A DNA stretch of 64,000 nucleotides from Escherichia phage AV128: the sequence record OR352958.1, one strand, 5' to 3'. A program made the position numbers and the translations under genes. The notes below the pieces were generated by a model. The model searched no databases. It saw only the letters and a program-made list of their open reading frames with translations, and was not told where the DNA came from. Shown here piece after piece: positions 16,477 to 25,008 of the stretch (positions within the stretch are counted from its first letter, which is position 1; every line of letters starts with the position of its first letter).

Positions 16477-17559
16477 CTATTTTATGCCACCTGCACGACG
16501 ATTTATCATGTCAAGTTGATTCTCAATATAAGGCATGACGATTGCTTCAACAAAAGCAGTCCAACCTTTCTTGCCTTCCCCTTTACGGTGACAGTCGTGG
16601 GCGCAACCGAACACAAACTCATGCTCTGCACCAGGGATAGGGCCGCGAAAGTACGCGCCATACGGGTCGCCGTTGGTGTGCTCTTCACCCCAAGGACAGA
16701 TTATGCGGCACTTGCCTGACATGTTCTCGATGACGTCGCCATCAGACCCTTCACCCATCTTGTTGCGCGCAAGAATTTGCTGGGCTATCTTATACCAAAC
16801 AGCATCGTACTTGTATTCATCGACGTCAATTTGAATCTCACGCTTTTGCGGCATTACAACGTGAAAGCCGAACGCCTGACAGATGTCTTCGATGGTGTAG
16901 CGCAAGGAGTAGTCTGCATGGACAAGTCGGCAGCGAAACGGGTCGCCGTTCTCATCGACATATTTATAGGGGCCGTCGTGAGTCACACGCTTATTGTTGA
17001 TGCACCCAGGAACACGGCCCACGCGCGTTACGTCTTTAATCGTGTTGTCGCCGCCCTTCTTGAGTACCATGTTAACGAAAGACCCAAGGAACGCTTTGAA
17101 CTGAATAAGATGGTCAATCGGTTCTTTAAAGAAGTACCACAGCTGGTGGTTGTTCGGTGATGTCTCGACGATGACAGTCGGCTTCAGTCGCTCGAAAAAG
17201 AATTCCAAATCTAAATCGCCTTTGGACCCTTTACCGTGGCCGATGTCGTCGACCATCATCGCCATACCGTGACCAAAGGCCGACTCTGTACGCCAGTATC
17301 GCATCTCACCCGTCTTTGGGTTGGGAGACTTACGCATTGAACTGATGCACGCATAGCCGTTTTGGTGCTGCATGAGCGGCTTGCCCAACTTCCAAGGCTT
17401 AGGCCAGAAGCTGCTGTTGATCTTCTTGCCGCGCTCGTCGGTCTGTACCGTTGCTTCAGGAGCAAACACCGTCATGACGCGCTCATCTTCTGGGATTCCT
17501 CTTTGGAGTTCTGTTAAAAACTCTTCAATTATTTTTGCTTCTTCTCTTAAACTAGCCAT
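16477..17559 (-). CDS. putative DNA primase / replication initiation protein
   Basis: first gene of operon; acidic MMVDDIGHG motif and C-terminal Cys/His cluster (CPWGEEH...GCAHDCH); family assignment tentative. Confidence 0.4.
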   Translation of the reverse strand: MASLREEAKIIEEFLTELQRGIPEDERVMTVFAPEATVQTDERGKKINSSFWPKPWKLGKPLMQHQNGYACISSMRKSPNPKTGEMRYWRTESAFGHGMAMMVDDIGHGKGSKGDLDLEFFFERLKPTVIVETSPNNHQLWYFFKEPIDHLIQFKAFLGSFVNMVLKKGGDNTIKDVTRVGRVPGCINNKRVTHDGPYKYVDENGDPFRCRLVHADYSLRYTIEDICQAFGFHVVMPQKREIQIDVDEYKYDAVWYKIAQQILARNKMGEGSDGDVIENMSGKCRIICPWGEEHTNGDPYGAYFRGPIPGAEHEFVFGCAHDCHRKGEGKKGWTAFVEAIVMPYIENQLDMINRRAGGIK

Positions 17560-17588
17560 CTTTCTTTCCTTCGGTGATCAATACCTGC

Positions 17589-17616
17589 AGTATAATATTG
17601 AGTGATACAAAGTCAA
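17589..17616 (-). promoter_or_regulatory. sigma70-like promoter for minus-strand operon
   Basis: on minus strand TTGACT-N16-TATACT. Confidence 0.5.
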
Positions 17617-17653
17617 CAATATTTACCATTTAGTTCACAATTTCGATTTACTT

Positions 17654-17681
17654 TGCTTTATACTATATCTGCAATTATACT
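17654..17681 (+). promoter_or_regulatory. sigma70-like promoter for plus-strand block
   Basis: TTGCTT-N16-TATACT about 40 nt before ATG 17720. Confidence 0.5.
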
Positions 17682-17719
17682 ATCAGAAAATATTTCCGCA
17701 CTAACAAAGGTCGCCTGAA

Positions 17720-18046
17720 ATGAACGAAAAAGAGACGAAGCAACGCGAACGTGCAACACACGTCGGAATCGTTGAGTCCTTCCTTAATACAAGATTGAAT
17801 TCAAGCCTAACAATCATGCGATTCCTGGGTCAACCAGACAGAATCAAATTTATTTTTGCCGCAAATCCGGTATCGCTGTACATCCCTGTTGAATCCATGG
17901 CGTACTTAGTGCGCGACGAGAAAGGATGGAAGATACCAAACACAACTGTTTTCTTCAGCCATGTTGATGGTGAGATGTTTGAACGAAAAGAAGATTGCCA
18001 TTTTATTCCAGTATATCTGGACCTTGAAAGCGTAGTGGAGTTATAA
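17720..18046 (+). CDS. hypothetical protein (108 aa)
   Basis: track ORF; stop overlaps helicase start. Confidence 0.5.
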   Translation: MNEKETKQRERATHVGIVESFLNTRLNSSLTIMRFLGQPDRIKFIFAANPVSLYIPVESMAYLVRDEKGWKIPNTTVFFSHVDGEMFERKEDCHFIPVYLDLESVVEL

Positions 18047-19230
18047 TGAACATTCCAGAATTTAATGATGAGCCAGTGATTCAGTTTAACGCGCAACAAA
18101 TCGATGCCATCGAGAAGGCCGTTGCATGGTACAAGCGATTGCAGGACGGTAAAACGACGAAGCGTGTGTTTTTCATTGCTGGCTATGCAGGGACTGGTAA
18201 AACCTCTATTGCTCGCGAGATTGTGCGCCGCTGTGTCGGTGAGTACGGCGCTATCTATATTGCGCCGACCGGAAAGGCTGCAAGCCGATTAAAGCAAAAA
18301 GGCTGTCGTGGCGCTAAGACCCTTCACCAGTTCATCTATAACGTGCGCGGCGTAAATGACGACAATGAGCCAATCTTTTCGAGAAAGTCAAAGCTGGATG
18401 AAAGGCCGCACCTTGTTGTACTCGATGAAGCGTCGATGGTTGGCGAGTGGGACACAGAGCGTCTTCTTGATCACCGCATCCCTGTGCTGGCATTAGGCGA
18501 CATTGGACAAGTCCCTCCGGTAAAAGCCGCCGCCTACTTTACTGAAGAAGCTGTTGACGTTCTGTTAACAGAAATCATGCGGCAGGGGAAAGAGTCCAAC
18601 ATCATCCGTGCCTCCTTCTTCGTGCGCCAAGGCAACCGCCTTCCTCCGCGTGAATACGATGACGTCAAAGTATTGGCAGAATCGCCGCGCGTTACTGCGT
18701 TGAAGAAATTCATGGGCGAAGATGATCAAATTATTTGCTCCTATAATAGCACCAAAGACAAATGGAATTCATTATTACGGCAAGTGAGCGGACGTATAAC
18801 GCCAATGCCAGGAATCGGCGAGAAGGTTATTTGCACCTTCAACCAACACGGCCCAGGATTCTGTAATGGCGAGCAAGGGATTGTTATTAGCTATGAGCCA
18901 GTGCCGGACTTTGAAAGGGACGAAGACGAGTCCAATGAAATCATGTATGTCAATTTGCGCTCGCTTACCGATGGCAAAGATATAAAGGTTAAGATTAATC
19001 CTCTTTCCTTCTCTACTGATCAGGAAGTGCGCAAAGAGGCCCAACGCGCTGTTGGAGGCATGGACTATGGCTATGTCATCACGGTGCACAAATCGCAAGG
19101 CAGCGAGTGGGACAATGTGTGCGTGCTGGAAGAAATCCTGCGCGGCGTTCCGTACTCCAAGATGATGTACACCGCTATCACCCGTGCTAAGAAGAATCTG
19201 ACCGTGTACCGTGATTTGAAAGCGCGTTAA
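18046..19230 (+). CDS. SF1 DNA helicase, Dda/RecD-like
   Basis: Walker A AGYAGTGKTS; C-terminal VHKSQGSEWDNV. Confidence 0.7.
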   Translation: MNIPEFNDEPVIQFNAQQIDAIEKAVAWYKRLQDGKTTKRVFFIAGYAGTGKTSIAREIVRRCVGEYGAIYIAPTGKAASRLKQKGCRGAKTLHQFIYNVRGVNDDNEPIFSRKSKLDERPHLVVLDEASMVGEWDTERLLDHRIPVLALGDIGQVPPVKAAAYFTEEAVDVLLTEIMRQGKESNIIRASFFVRQGNRLPPREYDDVKVLAESPRVTALKKFMGEDDQIICSYNSTKDKWNSLLRQVSGRITPMPGIGEKVICTFNQHGPGFCNGEQGIVISYEPVPDFERDEDESNEIMYVNLRSLTDGKDIKVKINPLSFSTDQEVRKEAQRAVGGMDYGYVITVHKSQGSEWDNVCVLEEILRGVPYSKMMYTAITRAKKNLTVYRDLKAR

Positions 19231-19389
19231 TGTTGACGTAAATTTACGAAAAATAAAACTGAAAATCAGTTTAATTAAAGTGGCATTGCCGCCATAGTTT
19301 TTAGTTGCTACTGGCGGCGACTGAAGGCATAATTAAGTTATCCCAAACGGGGAATATAAAATAAACTAATTTATTTAAGGACTGTGAAT

Positions 19390-20229
19390 ATGGCCGAAGC
19401 AATCAAAGTATTATCTAAAGAAGAAAAACAAGCAGCCGCAGCAGAACGTCGTCGCGTGGCTGAAGAAAAACGCCTGGCTAAAAAGAAAGAAGCCGAAGAA
19501 AAACGCCAGAAGCGTGAGCAGGAAAAACAAGCCAAGCGTGAAGAAGCCGCGCTGAAGCGCAAACAGGCTGCTGATGAGAAGGCTCAGAAGCGTGCTGAAG
19601 AAGCAGCTAAGAAAGCTAAAGAGCGTGCAGAAAAGGCTGCTGCTAAGAAAGCAGAGCGTGAAGCCGCTAAAGCAGCAAAAGAAATCGAAAAGGCAAAGGC
19701 CAAAGAAGAAGCCAAGCGCCTGAAAGCTGAACAAGCTGCTGCTAAGAAAGCAGAGCGTGATCAAGCCCGTGCTGCAGCAAAGGCCGAAAAAGAGAAGGCT
19801 AAAGAAGAAGCGAAAGCGAAACGCAAGGCAGAGCGTGAAGCTGCTAAGATCGCGGCGAAAGAAGCTGCAGAACAGCAAAAAGAACAGCGTAAGAAAGAAG
19901 CTGAAGAACGTCGCAAAGCCATCGCAGAGCGCAAGGCTGCCAAAAAGGCAAACGGTCAGCGCCGTGCAAAAGCTACTCACTTCATCTACACTGGCAACGG
20001 CCTGAGCCAGCCGCAGGAGCACTCCACCCGTGGGCGCGTTCTGGCGGCGATCAAAGAAGGCGAAGTTGGCGTGGCGCAGTCTATCGATGAGCTGGGCGAG
20101 AAAGTTAAAGATCAACTGTTTGGCGCTTCCGTTCGCTCCTACCTGAGCAAGCTGGAAGAGATGGGCCACATCGAGTTTGTCGATGTTGAATCCAACGACG
20201 ATGCCGAAGACGGTGATCAAGCGGAATAA
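19390..20229 (+). CDS. K/A/E-rich coiled-coil protein with globular C-terminal domain
   Basis: about 190 aa of Lys/Ala/Glu/Arg low-complexity repeats, then a ~90-aa conventional domain; track start 19384 is GTG, ATG at 19390 has TAAGGA upstream. Confidence 0.55.
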   Translation: MAEAIKVLSKEEKQAAAAERRRVAEEKRLAKKKEAEEKRQKREQEKQAKREEAALKRKQAADEKAQKRAEEAAKKAKERAEKAAAKKAEREAAKAAKEIEKAKAKEEAKRLKAEQAAAKKAERDQARAAAKAEKEKAKEEAKAKRKAEREAAKIAAKEAAEQQKEQRKKEAEERRKAIAERKAAKKANGQRRAKATHFIYTGNGLSQPQEHSTRGRVLAAIKEGEVGVAQSIDELGEKVKDQLFGASVRSYLSKLEEMGHIEFVDVESNDDAEDGDQAE

Positions 20230-20257
20230 CCTGTAGGACGGTTATATAGCGGTAATT

Positions 20258-20286
20258 GACCCACACTTGTTGTGGGTCTTTTTTCG
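20258..20286 (+). terminator. intrinsic terminator
   Basis: GACCCACA-CTTGT-TGTGGGTC followed by TTTTTTCG. Confidence 0.65.
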
Positions 20287-20310
20287 TCTGTACTAAATAG
20301 AAATGACTTG

Positions 20311-20339
20311 TTGCTGTAAAATAATTTAGCTATTATACT
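20311..20339 (+). promoter_or_regulatory. sigma70-like promoter of the enzyme unit
   Basis: TTGCTG-N17-TATACT, 25 nt before ATG 20364. Confidence 0.45.
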
Positions 20340-20363
20340 TCTCATATCACCCACAAAGGACAA

Positions 20364-21359
20364 ATGAACATGAAACAACCTGTAATGATTATCGGCGGCG
20401 GTTTGGCAGGACTTATTACCGCGTGTCACTTCCCGAACTCTATTGTGTACGAAGCAGGGGAACGAGCGCAACAGCACAAGGCGCTGCTACGCTTTCGCGG
20501 CGAAGAAGTAAGCCGTATTACCGGAATCCCTTTTAAGGCCGTGACAGTTGACAAGGCTGTGTATTTTCGCGGCAACTACTACCACGACCATTGCCCAATC
20601 AACCTTGCCAATATGTATTCCATGAAGGTCACCAATCAGTTTGGCAGCCGTTCAATCATGAAGCTTAAAACTGCAACGCGTTATATTGCGCCTGATGACT
20701 TTTATGATCAGCTTGTCGACAAACTGGGTGACCGCATATTCTTTAATACTCCGGTAGATACTCTTTGCGGCTATAGCGAGACGCCAATCATCAACACGTC
20801 GCCGCTGCCAGTCATGATGAAGCTGGCTGGGATTGATCAAAAGCTTGATTTCTCATTCGATAAAGCAAACATTCGTGTTTACCGCTTTAAGATTAAACGT
20901 AAGTGTGATTTGTATCAGACAATTTACTTCCCTGACTACTCCGTCAGAACTTATCGCGCATCAATTACTGGTGACACGCTTATCATTGAAACAATTCCTT
21001 TGGTCAGCGTGAGTGAAGCTGCAGTTGAAGCCGCTGGCGGCATCACTCGTTACCGTGACATGAAGCTGCGCGCAGAAGTCGACGAAGTGTTGACAGCCTT
21101 TGGCCTCTCATGGAGTGACATTGCTCTTGAAGAAGTTGAAAAGGTCGACCAGAAATATGGCAAGATTGTCGACATTCCGAAAGACTTGCGACACGCCCTA
21201 CTCCTGCAGCTGACTATGGATTTGAACGTGTTCAGTGTCGGTCGATTTGCTACCTGGCGCAACATTTTGCTTGATGACGTTGCCCATGACCTTGTTGAAG
21301 TTGAAAAACTCATCAAAGCAAATAACTATCAAAAATTTGCTTATATTGCTAATAAATAA
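20364..21359 (+). CDS. FAD/NAD(P)-binding Rossmann-fold oxidoreductase-like protein
   Basis: N-terminal MIIGGGLAGL dinucleotide-binding motif; family not resolved. Confidence 0.45.
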   Translation: MNMKQPVMIIGGGLAGLITACHFPNSIVYEAGERAQQHKALLRFRGEEVSRITGIPFKAVTVDKAVYFRGNYYHDHCPINLANMYSMKVTNQFGSRSIMKLKTATRYIAPDDFYDQLVDKLGDRIFFNTPVDTLCGYSETPIINTSPLPVMMKLAGIDQKLDFSFDKANIRVYRFKIKRKCDLYQTIYFPDYSVRTYRASITGDTLIIETIPLVSVSEAAVEAAGGITRYRDMKLRAEVDEVLTAFGLSWSDIALEEVEKVDQKYGKIVDIPKDLRHALLLQLTMDLNVFSVGRFATWRNILLDDVAHDLVEVEKLIKANNYQKFAYIANK

Positions 21360-21424
21360 TTTGCTTTCTGCTTCAATGGGCGTATACTTTAATCATTGAA
21401 GCAGAACTCATAGAGGAAACGAAA

Positions 21425-21871
21425 ATGAAACGAATCACTGGAATCGCGCTTGCCGCTACTGCTATTCTCGGCACCATGTATATGGAAGCGACTGAAGCTG
21501 CCATCCGCACTTCCGATTCAGTCGCTGTTTACGATTGCGAAGCGATGGACGGTAAGACCGCAGCAACGACTGGTGCGAAGATTACCACTTACATCGGTGT
21601 GAATGAGCAAGAAGGTCTGAATATTCAGATTCAGGGATTCACAGGGAAAGGTGCCAACCGTACTCCGTGGATGCAACGTTTCACTTTCGTCCAGCCTCGT
21701 TCAACTGGCGGCTTTATCAATCTGATTGGTGAAAACCGTTCTGGTGCAGAAATCTTTACATCAATGAGTTCTAATAATGAACCAAAGAAAAGTTTTCAGT
21801 TGCTTTATAACGCACAATTCGTTTATCATTGCACCTTCTCTGGTGATCAGCAACTAGTGAATTACCGTTAA
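21425..21871 (+). CDS. secreted/periplasmic protein (148 aa)
   Basis: N-terminal signal-peptide-like hydrophobic stretch ITGIALAATAILG; two Cys. Confidence 0.5.
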   Translation: MKRITGIALAATAILGTMYMEATEAAIRTSDSVAVYDCEAMDGKTAATTGAKITTYIGVNEQEGLNIQIQGFTGKGANRTPWMQRFTFVQPRSTGGFINLIGENRSGAEIFTSMSSNNEPKKSFQLLYNAQFVYHCTFSGDQQLVNYR

Positions 21872-21884
21872 TAGGACAATTAAA

Positions 21885-22688
21885 ATGAAAGTTGAATTAA
21901 TTCGATACACCCAAGATGCACTTGACCTTTTGCTGGAAACAAAGAACACGCGCATGACTGGTAAGCCTGTCTCTGAGATGACGGAATCAGAGAAGCAAGA
22001 GCATTGGCGCTACATGCTTGATACAATCAAGTCTCCTTTTGACTTTGTGGACTATATCTTTGATATCACAGCTGTATCAAAGAACATGACCCATCAGATG
22101 GTACGCACACGCACAGGCGCATATCAAGAACGCACCAGCCGCGCTCAGGAGTCGTCTGCATTTGATGCGATTCGTCCTGCTAAATTCACTTACCCAGAGG
22201 ATGATCCAAAGGGATGGACTCGCCATGACGAGAAGGCCGCTGAACTGGCAGAGAAGTGGGATGATGCGATGGCGACTATCGATGCTTTGTATCAAGAGCT
22301 TCGCGCGGCTGGCGCAGAGATTCAAGATGCACGTGCCGTATTGCCTTCTAATATGCAAACGCATATCATGGCAAAGTTCAACTTGCGCACGCTGCAGCAG
22401 ATGGCGTCAAACCGCTTGTGCACGCGCACGCAAGGAGAGTATCAAGAAGTATTCCGCGCAATGGTTGCGGAAGTCCTCAAGGTGCACCCTTGGGCGAATC
22501 CATTACTGCAGCCGCAATGCATTGGTATGGGTAAGTGCGCATTTCCTCGTCACGGTAAAGCCCATTGCCCTTGGTATCGTGATTGGATGGATACCACGGC
22601 ACAGCAAGAAGAGTTGCGCATCCAGTTTTGGAGTGCGATGCCAATCACCAACAATCCAGTTGCTAAAGATGGAGTATCAAAAGGATGA
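21885..22688 (+). CDS. thyX: ThyX-like flavin-dependent thymidylate-synthase-family protein (divergent)
   Basis: THQMVRTRTGAYQERTSR resembles the ThyX HQxVRHR...S region but reads RTR; ARAVLPSNMQT...NxR matches the ThyX C-terminal block; extra Cys-rich tail. Confidence 0.5.
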   Translation: MKVELIRYTQDALDLLLETKNTRMTGKPVSEMTESEKQEHWRYMLDTIKSPFDFVDYIFDITAVSKNMTHQMVRTRTGAYQERTSRAQESSAFDAIRPAKFTYPEDDPKGWTRHDEKAAELAEKWDDAMATIDALYQELRAAGAEIQDARAVLPSNMQTHIMAKFNLRTLQQMASNRLCTRTQGEYQEVFRAMVAEVLKVHPWANPLLQPQCIGMGKCAFPRHGKAHCPWYRDWMDTTAQQEELRIQFWSAMPITNNPVAKDGVSKG

Positions 22689-23557
22689 GCATTAAAAACA
22701 GCGAAATCTTAAACGTATTCGACCTTGACGGAACGCTGTTTGATGACCGTTGGCGCTTAGACCGCATCAAGGTGGCAGGTCCGTTGTCAGACTATGATGA
22801 TTATCACAGCGGTATTGGTTATGATCAGTTCTATCCTCACATTGCATCAGCAGTAGAGTCGGCATCTCTTCGCGGTGAGGCGGTTGAATATTGGACTGCA
22901 AGGCCAGAAAAATACAGACAAGTGACTTTTGAACGTCTGGACAATGTTTTTCCTTTTGATGAATTTACAATCAAGATGAGAGACTATGGCGACAAACGTC
23001 CATCAACTATTATGAAATCTGCATGGCTATCGCACGCATTGCGGCACGGCGATTATCGAATCATCAATGTATTCGACGACCGACAAGACGTACTCGCGCG
23101 GATGCAAGATGAAGCATTGTATTATAATTCCGTTGCTCAAAATAAAATCTCTTTTACATTTAATCTTTGCAAGGCAGGTGAAGTGGTGCAACAATTAGCA
23201 ATTGATCCAAGCGCAACAGGGCAAGAAGAGACTAAGGCTGTGGAAGTTGAACAATCTCCGGCAACTGCCGCCGATATTCTTGATGCAATGGCAGCAACCT
23301 TCCGTGAGCGCAACGCTGTCTATGGCGATAACGCTGTGATGGTAGGTCAGGTTATGCAAGTGCTTTTCCCTAATGGCGTGACGTTGAAAACGCCGGAAGA
23401 CTACCACATGTGGCATCTGTTCGAACTTAAGATTGTCAAGCTTACACGCTTCGCAATCAGCGGCCTGAAGCACGAAGACTCTATACACGATGATGGTGTT
23501 TACAGCGCCATGTGTGAACGTCTTGTTAACACCCATAATATTAATTTCAATAAATAG
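22685..23557 (+). CDS. HAD-superfamily phosphatase fused to an uncharacterised C-terminal domain
   Basis: FDLDGTLFD motif I near N-terminus; NVFDDRQD later; C-terminal ~100 aa unassigned. Confidence 0.45.
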   Translation: MSIKNSEILNVFDLDGTLFDDRWRLDRIKVAGPLSDYDDYHSGIGYDQFYPHIASAVESASLRGEAVEYWTARPEKYRQVTFERLDNVFPFDEFTIKMRDYGDKRPSTIMKSAWLSHALRHGDYRIINVFDDRQDVLARMQDEALYYNSVAQNKISFTFNLCKAGEVVQQLAIDPSATGQEETKAVEVEQSPATAADILDAMAATFRERNAVYGDNAVMVGQVMQVLFPNGVTLKTPEDYHMWHLFELKIVKLTRFAISGLKHEDSIHDDGVYSAMCERLVNTHNINFNK

Positions 23558-23622
23558 TTTACTTGTGCGTTTCGATGAGTTATATTTATCTCATCGAAAC
23601 GAAGTCCAAAAAGGATAAATAA

Positions 23623-24306
23623 ATGAAAAAAGTAATTGTTGTAACTGGCTGCAATTCCGGTCTTGGTAAATCCATTTTTGACACCCTTGGCGCTTACGGT
23701 CATGAAGTTGTCGGTATTGATTTGGAGAACGGCTATGACATCCGTAACGCGAAACAGATGAAAGAGCTTCTCTCTCAATACGACGTAGAAGGCTTGATCA
23801 ACTGCGCTGGCGTCAACTCCAACAACTGGTTCGAAGATGTTAACTACGAAGAGTTCAATCGCGTTATGCACACCAACGCCTTCTCTTTCGTCAACACGAC
23901 TCAGGCCGCGCTGAAAAGTCTTATTGACAACAAAGGTTTTGTGATCAACATCGTTTCCAACGCTGCGCATATTCCTATGACGTCCAGCTTGTGTTATAAT
24001 GCTTCCAAGGCTGCTGCGCTCATGATTAGCAAGCAGATGGCTCACGAGCTTACGCCTAAATACGGGATCACGGTATTCTCTATTAGTCCTAACAAGCTAC
24101 GTGGTACTGGCATGTCCAAACAGATTGAAGATGCTGTTTGCGCGACTCGCGGCTGGACTCCTGAGTATGCTGCTGAATACCAGAAAAAGGCGTTGATGAA
24201 TGGATTGGAGACTGAGCCGCAAGTAATTGCTGACTTCATTCGACATATCTTAATTACGGGCGCATGGCGCTTTATGTCTGGCACTGATATTCCATTTGGT
24301 AAATAA
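23623..24306 (+). CDS. short-chain dehydrogenase/reductase (SDR)
   Basis: VTGCNSGLGK cofactor-binding motif and YNASK catalytic motif. Confidence 0.65.
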   Translation: MKKVIVVTGCNSGLGKSIFDTLGAYGHEVVGIDLENGYDIRNAKQMKELLSQYDVEGLINCAGVNSNNWFEDVNYEEFNRVMHTNAFSFVNTTQAALKSLIDNKGFVINIVSNAAHIPMTSSLCYNASKAAALMISKQMAHELTPKYGITVFSISPNKLRGTGMSKQIEDAVCATRGWTPEYAAEYQKKALMNGLETEPQVIADFIRHILITGAWRFMSGTDIPFGK

Positions 24307-24402
24307 ATCACGAACACTTGAAGTTATCACACCCGCTCCTGAAAAGAAACAGGACGAAGACAACACAGTAATCAATCAATAATATTTAATTAAGGAAACA
24401 AA

Positions 24403-24954
24403 ATGCCACATTTTAAAATTGAACAAATCGCCCTGTCAATTCCAGATGCTCAGCGCGCACAGGATTTCTTGGCTAAAATTGGTCTGACAGAGTGGTTCCA
24501 TGATCACGTTGTTGCTACTGGTCGCGTATTTGAAGCTGATGAATTCAAAGGTCAGCGTGGATATTGCACCAATGAAGCTGACTTGCGCTTCAATTATCAA
24601 GCTGGAAACGGAACTGATGGCGGCGCTGGTAAGCCTCTTGAGCTTGAAATCCTTGACTACACAAAGGGGTGTAACTGGATCAGCGAAAACATTGAAATGC
24701 TCGATGCGCACGACAATCAGGTTAGCCATCTTGGTATGCACGTGACTGCCGCTGAACTTGCTGAATGGCGCAAGTTCTTTAAAGAAGAAGGCATTCAGGT
24801 TGCGCAGGAAGTTGTGACCGGCTCTCACACCAACCCAAACATTGCTGGTCAGCGTCGTTACAACTATGTGATCTTTGATACGCGTGAAATCATTGGTGTT
24901 GACCTTAAGTTCATCGTGCGGTTGAATCAAGACGGTACTCCGTACACTGTATAA
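24403..24954 (+). CDS. putative VOC/glyoxalase-fold protein
   Basis: weak by-eye resemblance only (SHLGMHV, GVDLKFIV). Confidence 0.3.
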   Translation: MPHFKIEQIALSIPDAQRAQDFLAKIGLTEWFHDHVVATGRVFEADEFKGQRGYCTNEADLRFNYQAGNGTDGGAGKPLELEILDYTKGCNWISENIEMLDAHDNQVSHLGMHVTAAELAEWRKFFKEEGIQVAQEVVTGSHTNPNIAGQRRYNYVIFDTREIIGVDLKFIVRLNQDGTPYTV

Positions 24955-24970
24955 CGAATCGTGAATCTGT

Positions 24971-24996
24971 GGCCGTCCTAATGGGCGGCCTTTTTG
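24971..24996 (+). terminator. intrinsic terminator
   Basis: GGCCGTCC-TAAT-GGGCGGCC then TTTTT. Confidence 0.6.
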
Positions 24997-25008
24997 TAGG
25001 AGGCCAAT

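Noticed and set aside
19411-20220. 269-aa antisense ORF opposite the K/A/E-rich gene
   Set aside because: Low-complexity artefact: the complement of GCN/AAR-rich repeats stays open by chance; the sense strand has the RBS and a conventional C-terminal domain.
22162-22695. 177-aa alternative-frame ORF overlapping the ThyX-like gene
   Set aside because: Arg/Cys-rich nonsense composition; the ThyX frame carries recognisable motifs.
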